Below are positions 10,831-24,950 of a stretch of DNA of 64,000 nt, piece by piece. The DNA is from the human T2T-CHM13v2.0 reference genome, Homo sapiens. The stretch is from assembly GCF_009914755.1 (NCBI RefSeq), contig NC_060925.1. One strand, given 5' to 3'. Position 1 is the stretch's first letter. The number at the start of each line of letters is the position of its first letter. The position numbers and the translations under genes are program-made. The notes beneath the pieces were generated by a model. The model worked only from the letters and a program-made list of their open reading frames with translations. It searched no databases and had not been told where the DNA came from.

Positions 10831-11710
10831 TAACAATATAATATGGGGTAGGAAGGCACCTCTACCTCCTGTCTAAACAGCAGAGAACCCAGAGAACCCA
10901 CCTCTGGTCTCCACTGGAACCTTTTCCTCAAACTTTCTGAAGCCCTTACTCAGTATAACCAGGTCCTACTGAGGCAGTGGTCTCTGGAGCCACTTCTGGA
11001 GCTCACCAGAAGACCAGCCCTTTCCAAGCTTCTCAAGACCTACATTGCACTATAGTGACCCTGCCAGATGACCCTGGAAGCCTCTGGCCCAGGCCGAGGG
11101 AGCATAAGCTGCAAGCAGTGGGTTGGGCTTCACTGCAAGCAGTTGGATGGGTTCATGGAACCCTCAGGGTACAAGAGGCTGAAGATTCAAATTGTCTACT
11201 GACATAGCAGCATATTATCTTGGCCCACACTGACTACCACATCTTTCAAGGCCACAGAGACTTCAGGCCTCCACTCCTCCACATTCCACCTCAGCCTTGG
11301 GACCTTGTAGAAAACTGAGGAAGAACACCACAAATGAGACTTCTGGGAATCTTCTATACCTTAGGTTTACGTTCTGACTTTACTGGTCCTTCTGGGCTCA
11401 GGGATAGAAGGTCTGGGGAGGTTAGAAGGGAAGATACTGCTTATCTTTATGTAATAAACACATTGAAAAAGAACCCTCTGATCTCTTGTATCAGTGGGAA
11501 TCCCTTGAACTGAGGCTTACCAGAGCCCAGGGGCATGATGAAGCTGTTGGAAATTTAAAAACAAAGGCATCGACCTCAGTATTTTTAATGAAGAGATCTA
11601 AGAAATTATCTAGTGCAGCCCCTCTGTTTTACTGGTGTTGAGATTGAAGTATTCATTTATTTGTTCGATCATTCATTTACTCACCAAACATTTGTTGAGC
11701 TTTACTATGT

Positions 11711-11962
11711 CAGTGTTTTTCAGACTGCAGGACACAATCTGTGAATATGACAGGGAATCACTTTAGTGAGCCACAACCAACATTCTTTTTTAGAATAGAA
11801 CAGAAGACAGTAGAATATATCAAAGTGTCTCACACATAAAAGTATAGTTTCATGTAATTTTTGTTTTAGGTTTATAAACATAGTCTGGGGGTATATAATG
11901 AAGACTGTATCTCATAGTCTGGTTTGCTCTGATTCTTGGTCAAACACAGTTGAAAAACATTG
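11711..11962. mobile_element. Non-autonomous hAT-Charlie-type DNA transposon inserted in an L2 3' end (from ~11650)
   Basis: Terminal inverted repeats cagtgtttttca (11711-11722) and tgaaaaacattg (11951-11962); degenerate 8-bp TSD tactatgt/tacattgc. Confidence 0.7.
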
Positions 11963-12001
11963 TACATTGCATCAACCCTGCTGTACATAAGAATAATCTG
12001 G

Positions 12002-12303
12002 GGCCAGGTGCAGTGGCTCATGCCTGTAACCTGTAGTCCCAGCACTTTGGGAGGCTGGGGCGGGAGGATCCCTTGAGCCCAGGAGTTCGAGACCAGCCTC
12101 GGCAACATAGGGAGACCTCACCTTCACAAAGAATTTTTAAAAATTAGCTGGATGTGGTGGCACACACCTGTGGTCCCAGCTACTCAGGAGGCTGAGGCAG
12201 GAGGATCAGTTAAGCTCAGGCTACAGTGAGCCATGATCAAACCACTGCACTCCAGGCTGGGCAACAGAGTGAGACCGAGTCTCAAAGGAAAAAGAAAAGA
12301 AAA
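12002..12303 (+). mobile_element. AluJ
   Basis: ggccaggtgcagtggctcatgcc...gaggatcccttgagcccaggagttcg...ggctacagtgagccatgatc (J-type features). Confidence 0.9.
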
Positions 12304-12319
12304 TTTTCCTCTCTGTTCT

Positions 12320-12751
12320 TAGAAGAAAGAAAGAAAGAAGGGAGGAACAAAGGAAGGAAGGAGGGAGGGAGGGAAGGAAGGAAGGAAAAAGAAAAAGAAA
12401 AGAAAAAAGAAAGAGAAAGAAAGAGGCAAGACAATACAGAAAAGAAAGAAGGAAGGAAAAAGAAAGAGAAAGAGGAAAGAGAGAAGGAAGGAAGGAAAGA
12501 AGAAAAGAAGACGAGGGGAGCGGGGAGAGGAGGTGGGAGGGGAGGGGGAAGAGGAGGGGAGGGGGAGGAGGGGACGGGAGTGGAAAAGAAGGGGGAGGGG
12601 AGAAGGGGAGGGGGGAGGGGAGAGAGAAGGGGAGAGGGAGGGGTGAGGGGAGGCGGGGGGGGAGGGGGGAGGCGGGGGGGGAGGGGGGAGGCGGGAGGGG
12701 AGGGGAGGAGAGGGGAGGAGAGGGAAGGAGAGAGGAAGGGGAAGGCAGGGG
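12320..12751 (+). repeat. ~430-bp polypurine tract: (GAAA)/(GGAA) grading into (GGGGA)/G-runs
   Basis: Almost pure A/G on the plus strand; G-run section at ~12512-12751. Confidence 0.95.
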
Positions 12752-12800
12752 CCTCGCCACCGTCCAGAATTCTCCCCCATATTCCCTGATCCTTGCTTAC

Positions 12801-13050
12801 CGCCTTGGGCAGGTGCTGTCTCTTTCTCTCTGGACCAGGCTGGAGCCTCCCGGCTCTCTGGCTTCCCCTTTGGCTCCCTGGAACATTGCCGCTGGGAGCC
12901 TGGCTTCTGACACAGCTGCGGAGCTCCTGGCTCCGCTGTCCTCCCAGGTCACACCACCTACATGCGCTGGCCAGGGTACAAGGGGCCTTTTCTTTCCAAG
13001 GCCCCCATCAAAACCACACGCCTCTCCTCGCAGCTGTCTAGCTCGGCTGC
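12801..13050 (-). other. Candidate alternative upstream non-coding exon of ZNF648
   Basis: Strong donor AGGCG|GTAAGC (GT at 12800-12799) in a locally GC-rich, CpG-retaining unique segment; 5' end not determinable. Confidence 0.4.
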
Positions 13051-14870
13051 CTGAACACAGAGGTAATTCACAGGAGATGTGGAAGGGCATTTGAGGTTTC
13101 CATAAAAACATACTCCCTTTTCCTCTTTCAACTGCTGCACTGAACGTAACCAGAGAGGACCTCTCTTCATAGCACTCTGGCCACGGGTGTGAAGCAAGTT
13201 TCTTGAAAGAAATTTCCTATAGGGCTGCTGGAGTGCGGCATCCCTCTGTAGGTGTGGATTCTCCTGGCAGGATGAGCTGTGGCCTGGTTTTGCCTATATT
13301 GAACAGTAAGCATGTCTATTCTTCGAAAAGACCATGAAAACCTCTGGCAAATCTAATGGGGAGTGGGGGCTGGGTGAGTTAAAAAGAAATAAAATATAAG
13401 TAAGGTATAAAAATATAAAGGCATACTTTGAGCAATTTTATGTCATCATGTTTGAAAACATCAATGAAGCAAATTACATTCTTGTACATATGTAGAATTG
13501 AAATCTTACATTTGGAATAAAAAGTATCAACAATCTGCTAATAGCTGGGCCTCATCAGATGAAAGTGCCTGGGCCAGACCCAGTCCTTGGCCTTGCAGAG
13601 ACAAAAACTCTATTTTGACACGCTTCCCCCACCCACCTGTCACCACCTCCACCCCAGGTGCCCAGGCTAGTTAGGGAAGGGCAGAGGTGTGAGGGCTCCA
13701 GGCATGGCTACTCTGGAGAGCAAGCTTCTGCTCTTCAGCCAGGTTTTCTCACTTAGGAGGGGAGGGAGGATGAGATATGGCAGAGGCCCTTTGCACAGTG
13801 ATGTGCAGTCCTTCTTTACCAGGAAAAACGGGACTGCCGAGGATCCCAGGACATTCCTGAAGGCTCACCAGCCTGGCTCTATGCATAGGACAGTGTAGAC
13901 AAGTTGAACTACAGCACCAAGAGCACTGAATCAGAGCTGGGGCTGGTATCAGGAGCCTGGTGCCTCTTCTGCACCCCAAGGACACGGCTGTGTAACCGGA
14001 CCCAGGTTCAGCTGCTTGCTGCTGCAAAGCCAGAGGCAAGGGGTTCTGGGAGGAAAAGCAGAGCCAGCAAACCCAGAAGATGGCAAGCTAGCATTCTAAA
14101 GTATCATCTTACATTTTATAACTTACCATAGAGTTTTTAAAGGGATATGTGGTATAGGGGACATGTGGGAGTGGTACAGGGTACTGGACTTGTGTGTCTT
14201 GTTCCGATGGCTCTCTTGGTTAATTGCTCATCAGGAGGTCTGGTTGGTATTAGCTTGATTTTGGCTCAATTGTTCACAACTCCCCCTAAGTGGGAGGAGT
14301 GGGGCACCTGGATTGTTTCAATATTAGCCTCTGGGATTTCTTAGGTAAGAGCATAATTAGATAAGCATGCACTGGTGAGGGGATTGTCTAGAGAGGGAAG
14401 GAATGAAGGGGTAAGAGGGAAGGGAAGGAAGAAAAGGAAATGGGTGATTTTTAAAACAGAGGTTCCTGGTTATAACTGCACAGGGCCCTGTTACCTGTGG
14501 CTCCAGCTGCAGGTTTGCTCTCACACAACCTATATGGGCAGTACTGGGGATAGACCTAAGTTCTCGCTTTGCCAAGTCCCTTTTCCTGGACCCTGGCAGG
14601 CCATTCTCCTGTTGACACATCTTCAACTGTAAAGGTTGCCCCTTAGTTAGTTAGCACCCAGCTATAGTTTCATCCCAGTCCCAGTGACACTGTTTCAGCA
14701 CCTTCAGTGGACCTGGGGGCTTCCTGAGCCTGTTCAGCTCTGTGTTTCTGGGCTACACACCCACATCGGCTCCTTGGGTGGTTTACCCTCACCCATTAGG
14801 ATTCTTCCTCTTAAGAGGTGAAGACATCCCCAAGCTTCAGAACAGCCTTACTGTAGCCATCTGCTTAGTA

Positions 14871-15655
14871 TAGGTTGAGCACCACTAACCTCAAAATCCA
14901 AAGTCTGAAATGCTCCAAAATCCAAAACTTTCAGAACACTGACATGATGCCAAAAGTGAAAAATTCTACACCTGACCTCATGTGACAGGTCATAGCCAAA
15001 ATGCAGGTGCACAACACACAGTTTATTCAGAATGCCTCCTCATCCTAAGGGACCCACCTCCTGGTCCCCCACTGCTTTGGATGTTTCTCCTCACCTAAAA
15101 AAAAAAAAATACAGCGTTCAATGACCTTTTAATCAAAACACAGCATTGTAGCTGAAAGCCTGTTGTTTGTTGCTGCTGTTGTCTGACAGCTGATACAGGT
15201 ATTCTGGTGATGCTCCTGTGCTGCTTATTTACCCAGACACATTATTTTTTCATTGTATTAATAATGTATCTTTTTTTACTGTTTAAGTACTTATGTGTAA
15301 ATAAGTATAGGAAAATGATTGCTTATTGGTAGCATCCACAGTTAGAGTCAGGAATGATGATGATGCCAAACAACCATGTTTGGTTTGTCCACATGGGTGA
15401 CTGAGATAGTGACACCTGTGCTTTCTAATGGCTCAATGTATGCAAACTTTATTTCATACACAAAATTATTTAAAATATCATATAAAATTAACCTTGGAAT
15501 ATGTATATAAGGTGTATATGAAACATAAATGAATTTTGTGTTTAGACTTGGGTCCCATCCCCAAGATATCTCATTATGTATATGCACATATTCCAAAATA
15601 TGAAATCCATAACATTGCTGATTCCAAGTATTTTGGATAAGGGATACTCAACTTA
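14871..15655. mobile_element. Tigger4 (MER46/Zombi)-derived TcMar DNA transposon, internally deleted
   Basis: Ends taggttgagcaccactaa...aaatgctccaaaatc and ttttggataagggatactcaactta, flanked by TA on both sides. Confidence 0.8.
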
Positions 15656-15679
15656 TATAATGAGAAAAGGCAGGAGTAT

Positions 15680-15900
15680 GGAGTACAACTTTGGAGTCAG
15701 AAGGGCTTGCGTTCAAATCCCTGCTCTGCCACTTGCTAGTTGTATGACCTTGATGAAGTTCTCTGGCTTGTCTCAGGCCTGTTTGTGTAGGAGGGGCAAT
15801 GGGGTTAACAGCGCCTCTCTTATGGAACTTCTGTATGTGTTATGCAGACAAACATTTCATCATCACCTTGCACAGTGCAAGAGCTCAGTGCATAACAGCT
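15680..15900 (+). mobile_element. MIR
   Basis: ttggagtcagaagggcttgcgttcaaatccctgctctgccacttgctagttgtatgaccttg. Confidence 0.75.
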
Positions 15901-16779
15901 GTGTTGTTCTCAAAAAGTAGAAAACATGGAGAGACTGGTAGCTGAGGAAAAAAATGAGAAAAGAACTGCAGTCCTTTTGTAGTCCTAGTTTCTCTATTCA
16001 GGACTCAGCATTTGATGATGTTTACGGGTCTCTTCAAACATGGCTTCCAAACTGAACATGATGTTTTGGGTGCAGCTGGTCTGACCATTATGGAGCAAAG
16101 AAGACTTGGCTCTTCCTTATTTCTGGTTCTCCCTTGGTATCCCAAAAACTTTGGCCTTTCTGGTGGGCACAACCACCTAACCCCTTCAGTGTTAAGAAAC
16201 ATCCCAAAGCATTTTGTACATAAGCAATGGTGATGTCACATCTCTTCTATGCTATTTTTGGGTAGCTGGACTTCTCTTGTGAGTTGAATTTTGATTTGGG
16301 GGTACAAGATGTTATATTAGGGACCAACATCTCTGAAGGGAAGGGGGATCAACAGAATTGGGTAGCGGAAGATGAGGCCCAACAAAGCCTCAGCCAACCT
16401 GGCAGAAAGCTTTGGAGCAAGTTTCCTTGGGCAGAGTGCCCAGCATTGGGCTGAAGAGGCCAGCTCTTTCAATATCCAGGTCACCAGATACAGGAGGCAG
16501 TGGAAAGGCTATGATCTCGGACAAGGCAGCTCTCTGCAGTTGAGGCAGACTCTGAAGGAGCTGACAGCTAAAGGGTGTCTGCTGACTACATTCCCCACAG
16601 CTGCACAGCAAGTGCTTCTCTGGAGGAAGATCTGGGCAGCACATCTTCATGTGTGTACCTCTGTACCCAGGTGTAGCACCTACAATTCCCACTTCAGCCC
16701 AGCTGCAGAGGCCAATGCTGTCCTAGGTAAGAGAGGCCTTTTCTCTCTTACTGCTTCTTTCCCATACAGGCCAGCTTCT

Positions 16780-17735
16780 AGAAACCCTTATCTACACATG
16801 CTCTCTCCACTTTTTCTCATTCCATTTACTCTTCAAGCCTGTTACACTCTAGCTTCTACCCTCCATCTAATTGAAATTGCTCTAGTCAAGGTCGTTGACC
16901 TCCATTTAGGAAAAGCCAAAATACACATTTTTTGTCCCTTACTGAAACTCTCAGCCTCAGTAAACATGGTTGGCCTCACCCTCCTTCCCCACTTTCCTTT
17001 CCTGGCTTCCTCATATGTCTCTTTTCCACCTCTTTCTGTCTTTAAATGTCGGCATTCTTCAGAATTTGGCCCTAAGTGCTCCATTCCTCTCCACTCCTCT
17101 TCTATCTCTTCTGTTACCTCTCTTTTCCTCTTCTCTCTTCTCTTCTTTAATATTTTCTTCCCCTTCCCTTTATCTCCCCTTTTTCCCTCTCTTCTCTGAT
17201 CCTATTCCTTTCTCTCCTCTCTTCTTCTCTCTTCTGTTTTCTCCATATGTTCTCTCTAAGTGATTTTATTCATGCTCTTGGCTTGAAATCTCACCTATGT
17301 TCTAAAACCCACCAAAAATATATCTCTGAATTCCAGATCTCTATAATTCAACTGCCTAGTTTTACTCATTAACATCATAAACATAACCATTCAAAACTGA
17401 ATCCCCCAATCTACTCCTCTCTGAGATGTTACCATCTCAATAAATGACACCATCAACAATTGGCTTGGTTAAGCCAAAATCCTGGGAGTTACTCTTTTAC
17501 CCTGATTTTTTTCACCACCTTGTCTTTTGGATCAGCTTGTCCTATTGATTTAATCTCCAAACTGTATACTGAAGTAATTTACTTCTCTTCACCACCATTG
17601 CCACTTCTCTAGCACAAGCCATTATCACCTACTTCCTGGAATACTGAAGTTGCCTTGTTATTGGTCTTCATGTGAGCATTTTTGCTCCCCTGCAATCCAT
17701 TCTCCACATGACAACCACAGCAATCTTTTTGTAAG
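16780..17735 (+). mobile_element. L2 fragment (3' ORF2 region) containing a CT-rich tract
   Basis: gaaattgctctagtcaaggtc, ccatctcaataaatgacaccatc, ctgcaatccattctccacatg are L2-like segments. Confidence 0.7.
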
Positions 17736-17739
17736 TTAT

Positions 17740-17822
17740 GAATTTGTTAAATATATATTGAGCACCTGCTATGAGCTGGATGCTGCTCAAGGCCTGGGGA
17801 TATAGCAGGAAAAGAGAGAGGG

Positions 17823-17856
<34 letters not shown>

Positions 17857-18530
17857 AAAAAGAAGAAGGAGGAGGAGGGTGGGGAGCAGAAGAAAGAGGA
17901 AAGAGAAGAGGGGAAGAGGAAAAGAAAAAAGGTACTACCTTTGTACTTCCAAGGAGTTCACATTCTTGCCAGGACACAAAAAAAATAGGCGAAAGAGTGC
18001 TTTAGAAGGTGATGAAAACTATGAAGTGCTATGGAGACAAATAAAGTGGGAAGTGGGTGGTAATAGGGCAAGAGGATGGGAAGTGAGTAGAGGGTTATCT
18101 GGAAAGACTCTGATGTGACTTTCAGCAAGTACCTGAAAGAAGTGAAGGAGTAAGCCACGTCACTCTCTTGTTTGGGGGATGCAGGGAAGGGAAGAGAGAG
18201 AGTGTTCTAGGCAGAACAGTAAATGTAAAGGCCACGAGTTCAGATCCTGCCTGGCATGTTTGATGGACAGCCAGTGAGGCTAAGGGAAAGACAACAAGAA
18301 AAGAGGACAGAGTAGCAAGGGCCTGATTGTGTACGGCCATGAAGATTATGTAAGGAACTGGCTTTATCTAGAGTCAGATGGGAACCGTTCAAAGAGTTTT
18401 GGGTAGAGGGAGGCATCAATTCATTCACCTGACAAATATTTGTTTAGTACTTACTAGGCACCAATGTAAGCTTCAGGGTCTTATCAGTGAACAAAACAAA
18501 CACAAATTGTACCCATCAGGAGCTTATAGA
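17740..18530 (-). mobile_element. L2 3' ends (two adjacent fragments) with a (GA)n/purine microsatellite at ~17810-17930
   Basis: atatattgagcacctgctatg...ctggggatatagcag and caaatatttgtttagtacttact...gaacaaaacaaac are reverse L2 tails. Confidence 0.7.
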
Positions 18531-18710
18531 ACTAAAAGCCTATACTATATAAAAGGAGAAAGGTCTCAGATAATGACCTTAGTTTCCATTTTAAGAAACT
18601 AGGAAAAAGAAGATCAAATAAATCTAAAGTTATTAGAATAAAGGAAATGATAAAGATTATAGTCAAAAGGAAAAAATAGAAAACAAATACAACAGAAAAA
18701 CAACAATATT

Positions 18711-19012
18711 GGTTGGGCATGGTGGTTCACACCTGTAATCCCAGCACTTTGGGAGGCCAAGGTGGGTGAATCACTTGAGGTCAGGAGTTTGAGACCAGCC
18801 TGGCCAACATGGTGAAACCCCATCTCTACTAAAAATACAAAAATTAGCCGGGCGTGGTGGCATGCGCCTGTAATCCTAACTACTCTGGAGGCTGAGGCAG
18901 GAGAATTGCTTGAACCTGAGAGGAGGAGATGCAGTGAGCTGAGATCATGCCACTGCACTCCAGCCTAGGCGACAGAGCGAGACTCCATCCCAGAAAAAAA
19001 AAAAAAAAAAAA
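18711..19012 (+). mobile_element. AluS(x) followed by (GA)n
   Basis: Full-length Alu dimer with cacttgaggtcaggagtttgagacc and poly(A). Confidence 0.95.
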
Positions 19013-19265
19013 AGAGAGAGAGAGAGAGAGACAGAGAAACAATAACAATGGAGCCAAAAGCTGATTCTTGAGAAAATCAATAAAATTGAAAAATCTCTGA
19101 TCTGACTGATTAGGTAAAAAGGAGAGAAAACACATCCTAAATTTAACCATCAGGAACAGAAGATATGACATCGCTATAGATGCTACAGATATTAAAAGGA
19201 TAATAAGGAAATGTTATAAACAACTTTGTCCCTACACATTTTATAACTTAGAATAGTTCACTTGC

Positions 19266-19638
<373 letters not shown>

Positions 19639-19772
19639 CTACGTCCCTACCACAGGCTGGAAGTTCCTTCAGAGCAGGGACCAAATCTTTTTCCTAGCCA
19701 GTCCCCTGTGACTGGCCATAAAATAAAAGCATTATACCGAGAAAGGGCCTGTTGCCAAAATAATAGATTTTA

Positions 19773-20107
<335 letters not shown>

Positions 20108-21690
20108 AGCGAGGTCAAAATGCAGGTGTCCCCTGAAATGCCATTAGAATTAATAAACAAATTCAGCAAAGAAGCTAGATAGAAAGTCAACACACATTTC
20201 TAACCACTAACAATATTTCTATCCACTAACAGTAAGCAACATTAAAAAGAAAGTAAGAGAACAAATTCATTTACAATGGCATCAGAAAGAAGAACATACT
20301 TTGGAATTAACTAAAGAGCTGAAAGACTTGTACAATGAAAGCTACAAAGCATCTTTGAAAGAAATTAAAGGAGACTTAGTAAATGGAAACACAACTCATG
20401 TTTATGGATTGGAAGACATATTATTAAGATGTAAATACTACCCAAAGCAATCTACCAATTTAATATAATTCCTATCAAAATCCCAATAACCATTTTTGTA
20501 GAAATGAAAAAATCTTAAAATTTTTATGGAATCTCAAGGGACTCAAAATAGCCAAAACAATTTTGAAAAAGAAAAAACATAGTTGGAGGACTCACACTTC
20601 CTAATTTCAAAACTTATTACAAAGCTACAGTAATCAAAACTGTGATACTGGCATAAAGACAGACATAGACAATGGAATAGAATAGAGAGCCTAAAAGTAA
20701 ACCCTTGCATATATGGTCAAATTATTTTTGAGAAGGATGCCAAGACCATTCAATAGGATAGGATAGCCTTTTCAAATAATGGTGCTAGGAAAACTGGGCC
20801 TGCACCTACAAAATATTGTAGTTGGACCCTTACTTAATGCCATATACAAAAATCAACTCAAAATGGATCAAAGATATAAATATAAGAGCTAAAACTGTAA
20901 AACTCAGAAGAAGACATAGGACAAAAGCTTTACAACATGGAATTTGTCAATACATTCTTGAATAGGACACCAAAGACTTGGGGAACACAAGAAAACATAG
21001 ACAAACTGGACTTCACAAAATTAAAAACTTCTGTGCATCAAAGAACACTATCAACAGAATGAAAAAGCAACCTACAGAATGGGAGAAAATACTTCCAAAT
21101 GATATATCTGATAAGAGAATAACATTCAGAATACATAGAGAACTCCAGAAACTCGACAACAAAAAAACCAAACAACCTTATTACAAAATTGGCAAAGGAC
21201 TTGAATAGACATTTCTCCAAAGAAGATATACAAATGGCCAATAAGCACATGAAAAGATGCTCAACGTCACTAATTATTCAGGAAATACAAATCAAAACCA
21301 CAATGAGATACTACCTCACATCCATTAGAATGACTACTACCATTAGAAAAACCCTAGAAAATAACAAGTGTTGGCAAGCATGCAGAGAAACTGGAACCCT
21401 TGTCCATTGTTGGTGGAAACGTGAAAATGTACAACCACAGTGGAAAATAGTATAGTGGTTCCTTGAAAAGTTAAAAGTATCATTGTCAAGCAATTCCACT
21501 TCTAGGTAGATACCCAAAAGAATTGAAAGCAGGGTCTTGGAGAGATATTTGTACACCCATGTTCATAGCAGCATTATTCACAATAGCTAAAATCTGGAAG
21601 CAGCCCAAATATCTTTCAACAGAAGAACAGATAAGCAAAATGTGGTATACACATACAATGGAATATTATTCAGCCTTAAAAAGGAAGTAA

Positions 21691-22010
21691 AGCCAGATGC
21701 GGTGGCTCACGCCTGAAATCCTAGTACTTTGGGAGGCCGAGGCTGGTGGATCACCTGAGGTCAGGAGTTTGAGACCAGCCTGGCCAACATGGCGAAACCC
21801 CATCTCTACTAAAAATACAAAAAAATTAGGTGGGCATGGTGGTGGGTGCCTGTAATCCCAGCTACTTAGGAGGCTGAGGCAGAGAATTGCTTGAACCCAG
21901 GAGGCGGAGGTTGCAGTGAGCCGAGATTGCACGATTGCACTCCAGCCTGGGTGACAGAGCGAAACTCCATCTCAAAAAAAATAAAAATAAAAATAAATAC
22001 ATAAATAAAT
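21691..22010 (+). mobile_element. AluS with TSD AAAGGAAGTAA
   Basis: Full-length dimer; TSD at 21680-21690 and 22011-22021. Confidence 0.95.
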
Positions 22011-22300
22011 AAAGGAAGTAAATTCTTACATAAGCTGCAACATGGATTAACCTTGGGGACATTATCCCAAGTGAAATAAGCCAATAACACTGAAGACAAA
22101 TACTGTATGATTTCACTTACATGAGGTGCCTGGAGTAGTTAAAATTATAAAGACAAAAAGTAGAACGGTGGTTGCCAGGAGCTGAAGGAGAGAGGCATGG
22201 GGAATTGCTATTTAAATGGGTATAGAGTTTCAGTTTTATAAGATGAGAATAGCTCTGGAAATGGATGGTGGAGATGGGGGTTCACAACAATATGAATGTG

Positions 22301-22711
22301 CAGATGCTTCTCAACTTATGATGGGGTTATATCTTGATAAACCCATCATAAGTGAAAAAAATTCTAAGTGGAAATTGCAGTTAGTACACCTAACCTATTG
22401 AGCATCACAGCTGAGCCCAGCCCACCTGAAACGTGTCCAGAACACTTACATTGGCCTCTAGTTGAACAGAATCATCTGCATCACAGTCCACGGGAGAGTA
22501 TCACGGTTTACTCTTGTGATGGCGTGGCTGATTGACAGCCGCAGCTTGATGCAGCTGCCCAGATTGTGAGAGTATCACACTGCATATTGCTAGCCTGGGA
22601 AAAGGTCAAAATTCAAAATTTGAAGTACAGTTTCTAATGAATGTGGTACATTCTCACACCATTGTAAAGTCGAAAATTTTAAGTTGAGCCATTGTAAATA
22701 GAGGATCATTG
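22301..22711 (+). mobile_element. MER47B-like Tigger MITE inserted in the L1MB 3' end
   Basis: cagatgcttctcaacttatgatggggtt...aaacccatc start and gtcgaaaattttaagttgagccattgtaaatagaggatcattg end followed by TA; L1MB sequence resumes after it. Confidence 0.8.
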
Positions 22712-22804
22712 TACTTAATATCATTGAGCTGTACACTTAAAAACAGTTAAGGTGGTTAATTTTATATTTTGTGTATTTTACCTGACTTTCTTGCAAAATC
22801 TTAA

Positions 22805-24950
22805 ATGAGGCAAGGGAGTAAGATGTGCAAATATCTGGGAGAAGCCAGAAAGGAAAGAACCAGTACAGAGGCCTGAAATGTGCGGGTCAAGGACACCTAG
22901 GTGAATGGAATGGGCAGTGGGAAGAGAAGGAGGAGGTAAAGTCCTGGCCAGATCACATAGGGTCTTGCAGGTCATTGAAAGGAGTTTGGCATTTTCTCTG
23001 AGTAATATTTTAACCAGATCACTCTGGCTACTATTTTAAGACAGCTGATGGGAGCAATGGTGGACTCAGGAGGATCAGTTAGGAGTCTTTGCAGTAATCT
23101 GGGTGAGGGATGATGGTGGCTTGGACCAGAGTTGTCACAAATGGTGAGAAATGGTCAATTTCTAGATACGTTTTAAAGTTAGAGCTAACATGATTTTGTT
23201 ATATATTGGCTATGGGGTGTGAGAGAAAGAGAGGAGTCAAGGACAACTCTAAGGTTTTTGGCCTGAACAACCAGAAGGATGGAGCTGCCATTAAGTGAGC
23301 AGCGGAAGACTGTGGGAGAAACAGAGTTTAGGAGAGAAAGTCCAGGAGCTTCAGTTTGGATGAGGTTTCCACTTGGAAACATTGATGCGACAGTTGGAGA
23401 GGCATCTGGATTTCAAGATGAGGATCTTGGTAGAAAATACAATTTGAATTATCAACGTGTGGATTACACTTAAAGCCATCGGATTCTATGAGTCACCGAG
23501 GGAGCGTATACAGTGAAGAGATTCGAGGACTGAGCCCTGGACCAGTCCAATGTTCATAAGTAGGGGAGATGAGAAATGCCCAGCAAAAGAGGTGAAAAGA
23601 TGTGGACAAAAGGTTTGAAGAGAAGTCAGATGTCTGTGATATTCTGGAGATCAAGGGAAGAAAATGGTTCAAGGAGAAGGGAGTGCCACATGATGTCAAA
23701 CACTACTGAGAGTTCCTATTAATGAGAACTAAGAATTGGCCATCCAATTAAGCTACATGGGGATCAAACCTGATTGGAGTAGATTTAAGGGAGGAGAGGA
23801 ATTGTAGTCTGTGAGTCTAAACAGATTATTCAAGGAGTGATTATGTGGGAATAGAGAAATAGGATTGTGTCCTTGGGAAAGTAAGAGAGGATGGGACTCA
23901 GGGCCTGTACAGGAGTGGCCTCGGCACAGGCAGCTGGTCCACAGCAAAAGGAGAGCGGAAGTCATGGACACAGGCACAGGGTGTGGCTAGATGTGGAGGT
24001 GGCAGCTTGAGGAAGTACTCTTGCTAGGGTTGCTTTTTCTCAGCAAAATAAGAAGCAAGGTCGTTGGCTGAGATGGATGATAGTGGAGGAAGTGTGGGAA
24101 GTCTAAAAAGAAAAAAGGCATAAAATATTCATTTGCAGAGTGAATGGGTTCATAATTGCCAGGTAGCAATAAAGGCCCATGCAAGGTTAGTGGTCATGAA
24201 TTGAAGTTAGGCCAGCCAGGAAGATGGTGTGCTTTCCCCCAACATGTTGGCTGTGTGGGCAGAAGCTTGGAGTTCACCATTGTTAGAGTTTTGCCAGACA
24301 AATACAACGAAACTAAAGAAAGGTATAAAGATGAGGGGTTATGAAAAAGAAGTGACTAATGTGATGAAGCATGGAATTGAAGCCAAGTCAGATGCGGAGA
24401 GAGAGCCTGAGGGGAGCAGGACGAGTTAAAAGGTGGAAGGGCCAGACTTCCCCTGGGTGGAAGGATGGGTGGTGGTGGGATTTCAGGGGCAGCGAGCTGG
24501 GAAGTTTAAGGAGGTGCTGGCCAGAGAGGGAGTTGCACCAAATTGAGACTGCAGAGGGAGTGCAGTTGTTATTGAGGACAAGCTTTAGATTTGGGCCATT
24601 TGCATATTTGATACAGTAAAGGACAAGATCCTTGGAGAAGAGGAGCTCACAGACTCAGGGAAGCAAAAAGCCAGCTCCACAGAGTTGTAGTTCTTAGAAT
24701 GATGACAAGTGGGGTTGGTGAAAATGATGGTGAACCAGGTGCTGAGATCCATATAAGGAATGAGAGGAAGCCCTCTGGGGTTTGTGGGAGACTTCATGGA
24801 GGAGTGGTGGATGCCACAGGCTGCTTATTCAAAGGTGGGGAGCTTTAAGAGAGAAAGAATGGTCTGAAATAGCAAAGGAGTGAGGAAGACACTTGCCCCA
24901 CCTAGTGGTAGGAGGGATGTGGAAGAGAAAATTAATCCTCCACTTGAGAA
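22805..24950 (-). mobile_element. Long degenerate L2 segment
   Basis: gatcactctggctac, gggtgagggatgatggtggcttggaccag, gaggagtcaaggacaactctaaggtttttggcctgaacaaccagaaggatggagctgccatt are reverse L2 sequence. Confidence 0.75.

Noticed and set aside
12221-12789. Three long ORFs (153-187 aa) rich in Pro/Ser/Leu or Gly/Arg/Glu
   Set aside because: Artefacts of the stop-free polypurine tract and the Alu tail.
12797-13111. 104-aa ORF as a possible N-terminal extension of ZNF648
   Set aside because: Splicing 12801 to 1439 puts it out of frame with ATG 1376 and it ends at a TGA in the 5'UTR; the ATG frame also has an upstream TGA.
16372-17199. 275-aa ORF
   Set aside because: Its 3' half is L2-derived and CT-rich low complexity; no recognisable domain.
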